From the NCBI GenBank assembly GCA_017654855.1, contig CM030337.1, forward strand, positions 2,170,001 through 2,234,000: DNA of 64,000 bases, read 5' to 3'. This document shows positions 25,473-35,406 of the stretch, one piece after another; the stretch's first letter is position 1; every line of letters begins with the position of its first letter. The DNA comes from Podospora anserina. Lineage: Eukaryota. Below the pieces are notes generated by a model, which was not told the origin of the DNA, searched no databases, and was given only the letters and a program-made list of their open reading frames with translations. Made by a program: the position numbers and the translations under genes.

Positions 25473-27274
25473 GCGCGGCATGTTTTTGGCCAGCATGGCA
25501 CCGATGCTGCACGAGAGGGCGTTTTTGACGGACACGGCGATGCGGTATGTTTTGATGAGCCACGACGTAATGTATGAGGCACGCAATATATGAGAAGGAT
25601 AAGGAGGGGGGGTTGGGGGGTTGATCTTAGACTATCGTGGACCAAGAGCTGGAACACGTATGGCAGGCACGGCCAGGGGTAACTCTGCTTTCTTTTGGTC
25701 TTCGGCTGGAGTATCCGGTACGTCATGTCATGTAGGATAGCTGCGAGTTGATCGAGTCAGGACACGAAGAGAATGTTGATATTGCACCCAAGGTCGGCCG
25801 CTGCGTTATGCCTCATGCCTTAGCTTGTTGTTCCCCAGAACCCGGATGGCGGGTGTGGCTTTGACAGAAGACACGACGGCTCCAAGTCCGAATCACGACA
25901 CCTGCCGTCACGGCTTTTGATGGTTGGCGTGACTTGAAGCTTATCATCAGCCGCGGGACGCGGACGACAAGAACACGACATCACGACAGGTAGCGATAAT
26001 AGGCGCCTTGGAGAGGCATCTCGATGACATGTCTCTCCATCTCGATGATAACCGTCGCTCAAGGGTGATGGTGTGTATCCAGACTCTCAAGCTCGAGTAG
26101 CCGGTCGCCTGCCAAAACGGTTGCACGTGCATCTTGGTACTGCATCGTTACTCGATTGCCTTGACTGCCACGATGATGCCTACGGCAATCTGCAGTCGAG
26201 GGTCATTCTTTCCCCAGCTTGACAGCTGTCACATCTTGATTCCTGTACCATGCTGATGATGGGAGTCTCAGATATGTTTGCCTGAATGGCATGCGCGTTT
26301 TACGAGAATGCCATCTGACGATACCACATACACACTTTAACGACGAGCGAAACACCTTAAAGGAGGATGGCACCAGGGTAAAAACGCTGTCTGGCTGTGG
26401 TACCTTGTCAACGGGCAACGCCATTTGAGTTCTGACAGTTATCATGCTTCCCACCACCGGTGCGAACCAACCTCATCTCTGTGGTCAAGGACACCACGAC
26501 GACCCTAGTGAGGGATCAGGTACACCCGGCAGAAGGAGGGGACAGAACCGATTGAGAATTTGGGCGGGGGGCTTTGGGACGAAGGGGCGCAAAGAATACC
26601 ATTGCGACCTGCTGTCCTCGCGACCTGCTGTCCCACTTCTTGGCTCGCAAAGCTTTTTCGGCCACAGCCTCTCCCCTTGGCTCGTTGGCTTAGTTTTGCA
26701 CCACTGAGGGCGTGTATCACCAACTCACAAAGGCAGAGCCTGCCATGCCAGGATTGGTACCGGCGGCCCATTGACACAAATCCGGGGAGGTACCTGGATA
26801 GGTCATCCTATGTACATACAGTTCGCGGCCAGTCCGATCACGGTGGTCTCGCAACATGTCTCTTTTTTTCCCGCTCATGGTCCGCACGAATGCGGCTCAG
26901 AAACCGTTGATTCAGTTCAACGTAACGACGCGGGATATTTCCCCCCCTGTTGTTGTTGTTGTTGTCCCGGCAGGTTTAGACGAGTTTCCCTCTTTCCGAT
27001 TTTCAAGGTTACGCTGCCACACACATCGACATTCACATGGAGATCCAACCAAATTCGGAGGTGGTCCCCAAACCCCCTGTGAGTCCTTTTGTTGTACCCG
27101 ACTGGGGTTTGGTTTGGGGTTGCTGATTTTCGAGACAGGCGACAAGAGTTCAGGTACTTGTGCCTACGAGATGGGTACAAGACTTTTGATCTACCTCGAT
27201 TACCACACCGCCGCCTAGCCCGAAAAGGCGCCGACTCGCCCCAAGTGTCTGTCAGTCGCTGTCAGGCACATAGA

Positions 27275-27280
27275 TATAAA
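27275..27280 (+). promoter_or_regulatory. Candidate TATA box of the EFE-like gene
   Basis: TATAAA about 170 nt upstream of ATG 27446, followed by a C/T-rich leader. Confidence 0.4.
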
Positions 27281-27445
27281 GCATAAAAACAAGAGATCTC
27301 TCCTCCCTCCCTGATCTGATCTCGAGCAACAACCACCGCTTTCATCTCAAACACCACTTCAGCCTGAAGCCACAATATCAATACGGGACCCTTTGGTCTT
27401 ACATCTTTGTCTATCACACACCTTCTTCTTACCTACCTTTTCAAC

Positions 27446-28947
27446 ATGAAGATCTCGGTCCGCACCACGGGTCTTCCCCTCTGCCGGGCTGCTCTACCCG
27501 GCAGAGCCGTCAGAACAATGGCCACAGCCGCCGTTGCCGCCGCCACCCATGTCTCCTCAAGGTCGTCGTCACCCATGAGCATGCCACCACGCTTGTTCAA
27601 CGTCCGAGCCGCACAAAACACCAGACTCCCTGTTCAACCTGCCTCACCCCCACGCCAGCCCACCACCACCACCACCACCACCACCACCACCCCCCAAAGT
27701 CAAACCCACCCCCTCATGCCCCCGGGCTACATCGCCACAACAGCCACCCTCCCCACCTTTACCATCCCCAGCGTCATCCTCCCCACCCCATCCCACCACC
27801 TCCTCGCAAAATCCATCATCTCGGCCTTCCGACGAGACGGCATAATTCAAATAGCCCAATCCCCCCTCCAACAACGCCTCTGCAAAGAAGCAATGGCAGC
27901 CTCAAAGCAGTTCTTTGCACTCCCGCCCGAGAAAAAGGCGGCTTGCGTGGATGAACGGTCGTATGGGGGTTACATCGCCTCCGGGGAGGAGGTCACCGAC
28001 GGCATAGCCGACTACAGCGAGATATTCACCATCACCCGTGATTTCGCCAAGACTGACTCGAGGGTCAAGGCGGGGTGGCCTTGTCATGGACCTGTTCCCT
28101 GGCCTGAGGATGGGGGAATGAGGGAGACGATGATGAGGTATAAGACCGAGCTAGGGGAGGAAGGGAAGAGGTTGGTGAGGTTGGTGGAGATGGGGTTGGG
28201 GCTTGAGGAGGGGGAGCTGGGGCGGTGGATTGGTGATGATGGGAAACAGGGGGAGGGGGGGTGGCATCACGCACGGGTCTTGCGGTTTCCTCCCAGGAAC
28301 AAGACTAATGGGAAGGGGAAGGAGGGGAGGGGGATTGGCTCGCACACGGATTATGGGCTGCTGGTTATCTCGGCGCAGGATGAGGTTGGGGGGTTGTTTA
28401 TTCGGCGGCCGAGTCGGGAGGAGAGGTTTGCGAATTGGGAGGAGAGTGCTGCGGGCTTGAGGGAGGAGGAGGAGGGGTGGGTTTTTGTCCCGCCTGTTGG
28501 GGGGACACATACGGTTATTCTTGGTGAGTTTTTTTTTTTTTTTGACTCCTTTTCTTCTACAACCTGGAGGATGATTGGACTAATGAGGGGAAAATAGGGG
28601 ATATGATGCAGTACTTGACGAGAAACTACCTCACCGCCACGCCTCACAAGGTCGGCCTGAACACACGAGAGAGGTTCGCGTTTGCGTATTTTCACGAGCC
28701 GAGCTTTCAGGCTGTGTTGAAGCCCCTGAATGGTGGTGTCATCCCAACAGACCTAGACGACCGCAGAAAAAACGACAAGGGGGTGCACTATGGGACGCAT
28801 TTCACGAATATGTTTATCAGGAATTATCCCGAGAGGATCACGACGAAGAGGTTGCTGGCCGAGGGGCGGTATGGGTTGTTGGAGAGGCCTGAGTTGAGGA
28901 CTATTGGGGCGGTTCCTACTACCACCACTGTCGAGAAGTCGGTATGA
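27446..28947 (+). CDS. efe: 2-oxoglutarate-dependent ethylene/succinate-forming enzyme (EFE)-like dioxygenase with N-terminal extension
   Basis: Exons 27446-28523 and 28598-28947 (intron GTGAGT..CTAAT..TAG). Motifs match bacterial EFE: YGGYIASGEEVT, KAGWPCHGPVPWP, GWHHARVLRFP, GIGSHTDYGLL (HxD), TPHKV (distal His), ERFAFAYFHEP and HYGTHFTNMFIRNYPERITT. Confidence 0.92.
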
Positions 28948-31605
28948 CTCGGAGATGATGAGTTGTCAAAGAGGTGGTGGCGTTGGGGTGATGGTGCGTC
29001 ATGCTTGTCTTGGACACAGCAGCAGGTGGGGTGATATCGGAGTCTGGAGTGGTGGTCAGGGGTGAGGGGGTGAGGGAGTAGTGCATGTACATCATATTGT
29101 TTTTTGGGAGTTTGGGGGGGAGTTGACATGGTACGATAGCTTGATTTAGATATGTGGGTTTGGAGTCCTGGGTATTTGCTTTTGGTAATATTTCTTTGGC
29201 TGGTAAAGGGGGGGCGGGGGGAGCAAAACCAGGAGTTTATTTTTGCTTTTTGTCTATTTTTCTTTAATGTAGTTTTCTTTTGCAGATATTTTACGATACC
29301 TAAGTAATCATCATCTTACCTATCTATTATCATCTTCAATCCCACCCGGTCAAAGATCTTTGACTTGACTGTCTTGTTGTTCGTTTGACATTACTGAGTT
29401 TGATGTCTAAGGCTGGACAGCAAAAAAGAGATCCACAATTATTGGAATGTTACCAGGTTGGCCTTGGATGGTGACAACTTGACGGCCGTTTCGGAAGGAG
29501 TTTCCCTTCTCAAACCCCGAGCATTTACCTTTCGGATTCAGGTTGCCGGATCTGCTTACCTACCTTAACTTGGCTGGCCAAAAATTCAAGACATCCAGAC
29601 TACGTTGGCTTAAGCACTGAGACATTGGTGTGGTGGTGCAGCAGCAGGAGCGTTCCATCAAACGCACGCAACTGTCCGGCTGCTGTGCATCTGAAATGTC
29701 TGAGATTGGATATTGGTTTTGGGGTTGGGATCCACAGGTGGTGTTGGGTCAGGTAAGTTGAGATCTGAGATTGTTGCGATGAGAGTCAGGTTTTGAGATG
29801 GGCGATCACATATTGGTTTCAGATCTGAGGACGGGAGGGGGGTGGCTTGTGTGGTTGACTGAGGGTGGGAGGTTGGGTTGTTTGAGGCGGTGAGTTTCAT
29901 GTCTGGGCTTGATTGAGGGTATCAGTTTGACAATCATGTGGCTTGATCTTGAAAGGAAGTGAAAATCGTTGAACAGCCTCATCCGTAGTTTTCTTAGACC
30001 ACACGTTGTCATTATCAAACTTGACCGCAAACCCAACTTGTCCTGGATGCTTGGATAGGTGAGTACCAACTCGAGATTTCAAATGTTCAACAACCCACCT
30101 CCACCCACACCCCCTTCCCACACCCTCCATTCAACCGTTACGTCCGTTGACAACACACAGACACAACACATTGGAACTCCCACAGACACCTAACCCATCC
30201 CCTTATCTCCCACAACATCACCACCCAGCCCGGGCACATCGGACATGAAAGCGGTAAGCTTCCCCCCGTCACCATCCATGTACAGCTCAAACTGATCCCC
30301 TTCCCAGTCGTCCAAAACCGGTCCCGACCAGCTAACTACCGATCCGAAACCCCTCAACCAAGCCTCCTTAAACCCGTTAAACACGCAGTCCAACCTGAAA
30401 CCATTTGCCCATCTTTGCGGGGAAACCTCACCTATTTTGGGATGATCCTTGGGCCCACCATCAGATCTAAGACATTGGGCGCGCTGATATGACCTGTCGG
30501 AGTCGGACCGCATCTGATGGTTGTGGGAGTCGGGTAGTTGCGGGGAAAGGAGATCGGGGTTACCTGCTTTTGGCTGATATAAGGTAAGATGAGGTGTACA
30601 CAGAGTGATAACCGAGTTGGGGGTTGTGGAACGAGAGAAAAAGGTTGGAGTAGTAGGTTACTAGCCTTGTGTCAGGGCTTTTTGATCTAGGCCAGAGGTT
30701 GAAAGACATTGTGATGTTGGGGACTTTGGAGGAGATTGCGGTTGGTGAAGGTAGGATGCCTATCTTTGATTCTGATTTGAATGCATGAATGCTCTTGCCT
30801 GACCATCGGCCCTTGATGGTCGCTCCTGCCTACTGAACAGATTGATATGTGGTTGCCTTGGTGTTGATAAGATTTCAAGGAAGGTGTGGGCCAGGTCATC
30901 GAGTGATGGGTTTAGCTGGAATTCACTGAAAGCAGGGCCATCATCAAAAAATACCTTGCTCTCGCCCATAGAAAGGATGGCAATGCACCCCATAAGAGGC
31001 TCCTTGGATTTGGCAAATTCTTAATCAACACACTCCCATGGACTGGTATTGTTGTTACAGTCATTAAAGTCCTTGGGTGTCGGGGCTTAGGGATGTTTGA
31101 AATTGTGCCTCTTCGCATAGACGAGCTCTGGTATATTGAAGATACGCAAAGGGAGTAAAAGCTGCGAGTGAACTGGTTAGGGGAGAAACGTGACTTTTTC
31201 GTGTTGTTAGAATGAAAGCCAGCTATTGCCTGTACCTTTAAATTCCAGGCTTCGATGAAATACTACCAGGTACCTACCTTATTAGGGTTGTTCAAGTCCG
31301 GAGGAACTAGAGGGGTGGCTTGAAAGGCCTGTTGCCATATTCCACTAATAGACAAGAAGCTGCTGACACTGGTCTCGAGGAGATTTGGGGGTTTGGCCTT
31401 GGGGTTGGTGCCAAACTCCTGATGAATAATGTCACATAAAAGCCAGAGCACTGGCCTCTGATGATGTCATTAGAGTTTAAGAAATTTGACAACTCTATCA
31501 ATTGGTTCTGCTAATAGGGTACCTTATTCTTCCGATCAACATTGAAGACCGGCAAGCCAAAAATGCAGTGTGCTTTCGCATCCAGAGATGCCGGCGCCGG
31601 GCCAT

Positions 31606-32205
31606 TTAGACACACATCTGTGCCCCCCGAAAAGCTCCGCTCCGAACAGCCAGCTGTCCTCTTCCAGAAAGTTCAAAAAAGAAACAAGGTGCCCGCCAAA
31701 ATGGTCCACACTCCCCTTCGTCTATCACAAGCCGTCTCGCTGATTGCCCTCCAACAGTGCCTCCTCCTGAACCTATCTCTCCTGCTCCAATCGCCGACAT
31801 CATCCTTGCCATCGTCACTTGATGCCCCGAATACCGCCCCAAACTCTCTTGCTTCCGCCTACTCCCAGATATCTCGCACTCCGATCCCAATCGCCCCTCA
31901 CACCACTGCTTCAATGTTTTCTTGCACCGCTTTTTGATATCCTTGGCATTTTTCAAAGCCTCTTCGGCTAAATTCATGTCCTCTTTTGCATCATTCATGG
32001 CCCACTCCGCATCCAGCTCCTCCTTGCAGGCCGTGAGTTCCTTGCCGTCCAAGTCTGCTAGTTCCTTTGCTGAAACACCTCTTTCTTTGGCTTTTTTGCG
32101 GCGTTCTTTGGCTATTTCGTGGGCCTTTCTCTTGGTTTCAAAATCTTCTTTGCATTTCTCGTGGTGTTCAACTGCTTCGTCATAGTCCTCTTGGAAGTTG
32201 GTCAT
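31606..32205 (-). CDS. Hypothetical protein with charged coiled-coil N-terminal half
   Basis: About 200-codon ORF with ATG in good context (CACAATG). E/K/A-rich heptad-like region EDYDEAVEHHEKCKEDFETKRKAHEIAKERRKKAKE...NLAEEALKNAKDIKK; no recognised family. Confidence 0.45.
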   Translation of the reverse strand: MTNFQEDYDEAVEHHEKCKEDFETKRKAHEIAKERRKKAKERGVSAKELADLDGKELTACKEELDAEWAMNDAKEDMNLAEEALKNAKDIKKRCKKTLKQWCEGRLGSECEISGSRRKQESLGRYSGHQVTMARMMSAIGAGEIGSGGGTVGGQSARRLVIDEGECGPFWRAPCFFFELSGRGQLAVRSGAFRGAQMCV

Positions 32206-33237
32206 TGTGGGCGAGGGCAAAGGTGTGAATTTGTGCGAGTTCGATGAAGGTAGTTGAGCTTGGGGGTTGCTATGGGGGTTTGAGTGGTAGTGGAGGTGAG
32301 TTGCTTCTGTGTGAGTGTGTGTCTCTGGCTGTCTGTTCGATGGCTCAAGGTACCGAGGACCCAGGGTGTTTGTAGTAGAGGGAACGGTGTTGAGGACCTC
32401 GGCGTTTGAACTATCGAAAGTAGCTGAGTGCGTTTGACGCTATCATGGGTTGCGGGAGAGGCACGCATGCTGCTGAAAGTCGTACGGCAATTTATCAGAT
32501 GATGCTTCATGAGCTTGTTGGTTGTTCAAAGACATGACACTTGACGTGAGAGTTTGGATATGGAACGGTCGCGGCCCCAACAGGCCAACGAGCTACGTAA
32601 CAGGCTGTTTAGACAAAGCTTCATATGGCTGCTAGGCACGGCACCTGCTTTGAAGGTTCGGGTATGGAACGCGTCTGTCTAGCCACACCGGTCTATGATT
32701 GAGAAGATACGAACTGATATACAAGGCCTGAGAGTGATGTTGTCAGAGTGGCAACCTGTAATCATGAAACCTCGCCGATTGAGGGGGGTTACTCGGTCAA
32801 ACGCCGTTACAAACACCAAAGCGGTTCTAGAACACGTACCACTTGTTAATGAGATTATAAATGTATCGCTATTGAGAGGCCTAAAGATCAACTAGATCCT
32901 TCCTTCCCATCTAACAAGGTTTCATCATTGCTTGGTGACGCATGACTTGGCCTCGGCGTGTAGCGGCAACTTCCCATTCACATACATTCAACTTCTTTAT
33001 TACACATCGGCTCTCATTGACCTTTGCGTTGCAAAACTGCCTCGAGACTGCCCTTTTCCCAGCTGACCTTTCTGATTCTGCAAAGTCCAGCATCAGCAGT
33101 TACTCGTCGTCCCACAAAGAACTCAAATTATCAACACAAAGGATGACCTGCGTAAACTTGGATAACCAGCACAAGCACGGATAATCAACACAAACACAGA
33201 CAACCACACAAACCGCCTCTCCCGCTCATCAGCCAGT

Positions 33238-34117
33238 CTAGCACTTGAACTATTTTTCCGTCAGTATCTCCAAGATCATCTCCAAAAACTATGAAACAAA
33301 GGCAAAAAGACTTACCACCGCAGGTCCAGGAACCTGATAGTTGGCCATGCTACCGCTGTAGATCTATTCCCCCCCCCCATCTATGTCAGCATCTCCCCGA
33401 TTCGAACCAAATCAGCAATAAAGACTCACGTTAACATTATACCCCGGATCAGTACTCTTGAACGCCCCTGGAATCAACGCCGTAGGACTCGGGTTCGTAC
33501 TCCCCCCATTCGTGACCTTGACCTGCGCACAGCTAATGTAAAACTGCGGCGGCGCTCCCGGGTTGTGAAGACCGAGCTGCTGGATGCGGAGGAGGTACTC
33601 CCCGTCGGGGATGCATCTTGGGATATTCGAAGTGTACGAAACTAGGTATTCCCTTAATAAACCATCCAACCCTTTATCACATCTCTACTCCCAAAAAAAC
33701 ATTAGGGGACTTACTCCTCATCGGCCAAGAATTCCCACTCGGTCCCCAATCATAAATCTTGAACCACTGCCCACTCCCGTCATAATCCTTGACCAAGCCC
33801 GGCGCCTTGCTCATGTACAACGACACCGGTCCGGCGTGGTAGACCGCCGTGTCGAGCGTGAAAGTGAACTCATCCCCCGCCTTCATGGTCACAGTCTCGG
33901 TCCCGTTGCTCACCTGCCCTCCGACATTGCACCGGAGATCGGTCGAGGAGAGGTCTGTGACAGGGCCGTTTTGGAGCCAGGCTGGGTTGGAGTTTTTGCG
34001 GACGTACTTCCAGGCGGCGTGCTTGGTGCCGCTGGAGGTGAATTGTTGGAAGATGTAGTGAGCCTGCACGCCGGTGGTGGCCAGCAAGGCTGTAGTAAGC
34101 GCAAGGATGGACTTCAT
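33238..34117 (-). CDS. AA9 lytic polysaccharide monooxygenase (no CBM)
   Basis: Exons 34117-33715, 33641-33430, 33363-33316, 33249-33238. Signal peptide ends VQA before His1 (HYIFQ); second His in [34 protein letters not shown] carries the axial Tyr; C-terminus [11 protein letters not shown]. Confidence 0.95.
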
Positions 34118-34830
34118 CTTGATGGGATTGAGTGGTGGTGGTGATACCGGGCTAAGACAAAAGAACTAGACTGACGAGAGACGGCACGGTAGTGGAAGCA
34201 TAAGATGCAGGCGAGTTCTTGGGGGGTTGAGTTGGGTTTATATCAATCAACACCGCCCCCACCCCCCCCCCTCGGCTGCCTCTCACCGAATTCCTTCGAT
34301 GGTACTCCTTCCATGAGCTTCCCGGAATTCATCGCTTCTTGCTCCGTTGTTTGGTGGTTTGTGGGGTAGATGCCCGCTGGAGGGTTAATTTGTATAAATT
34401 GAGTCTGGGGTTGGAGGGACGGGGGACTTGACTCCGTCGCGCGTTGCCGGAGGAGGAAGTGTTCGGTCGTTCCAAAGCACTTTGGGAGGCCGAGAGGTAA
34501 ATATGGTCGAATCGGGTCCTCGGACTGCAACAATAGGTCAAGGAAAGAAGTCCATTGTCGACGGGTGATTCGTCTTCCACCTATGGGTTTAGTTGCGATG
34601 TTTCCTGTCGCCGTGTAAGTCGAGTCGCTTGTTTGGGAACGCAAGGGAGCAACGAGTGGCACCTGTCTCAGAATAGGTGAACTAGAAATGGACCTTCGGT
34701 TTTCCCTCAAGGGAACAAAATTGCTTGGTGATGTTGTCGCGATGAGTTGGCGTCGACTTTACCAAGGTGTACAAAATACCTAGCATATACTTTGTTTTCA
34801 ACCCACAAAATCATCAACCAACAACCGGAT

Positions 34831-34927
34831 GGCGAAGTGGCCGAGTGGTTAAGGCGCTGTGTTTAGGTAATCAGATTACCCGAAACCGCAGTGGGAAACC
34901 TCGCGAGTTCGAATCTCGTCTTCGTCA
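34831..34927 (+). tRNA. tRNA-Leu(UAG) with 18-nt intron
   Basis: Acceptor stem GGCGAAG/CTTCGTC plus discriminator A; D-arm TGGCCGAGTGGTTAAGGC; anticodon stem CTGTG/CGCAG with TAG at 34864-34866; intron 34868-34885; variable arm GGGAAACC; T-loop GTTCGAATC; downstream T-runs as Pol III terminator. Confidence 0.93.
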
Positions 34928-35406
34928 ACTATCTTTTGTCATTTTTGCACCTGACACATAGCCACCGCCAAAAAAAGCCAAGGTAGTAGTAAAGCTTCTG
35001 CTTTTTAGTGTACCAAACAACAAGTCAAAAAGAAATCCCTCTCGCTGCACGCAGAATGGTGAAAAGATATGGTTATACAGCTCGATTGACTGACAGGAAT
35101 ACAGCTAACGAGATACATTCATTATACAGCACACTAAAGATATTACAACAATCGTTCAAAACACTCAACCCAAAGCAGCTCAAGATAACACCAGTACCAA
35201 AGAAAACCCAAACAGACGAAAAGACCAAGCGGGTGACAGCAAAGAAAGGTTCGTCGCGATGACGTTGCCCACCCAACAAGCCCCAAGCCCAGCGCCCCTG
35301 TAACCCCTGAACCGAACCCATTTTCCCATCAACATCAATCACCATTAACCCTTCATCGACCCATACAACATACCACTCATTACATCCAACCCATCATCAA
35401 TCACAT

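Noticed and set aside
28945-28950. Possible stop-codon readthrough of EFE (TGA CTC)
   Set aside because: Not the TGA CTA readthrough context, and the extension does not end in a targeting signal.
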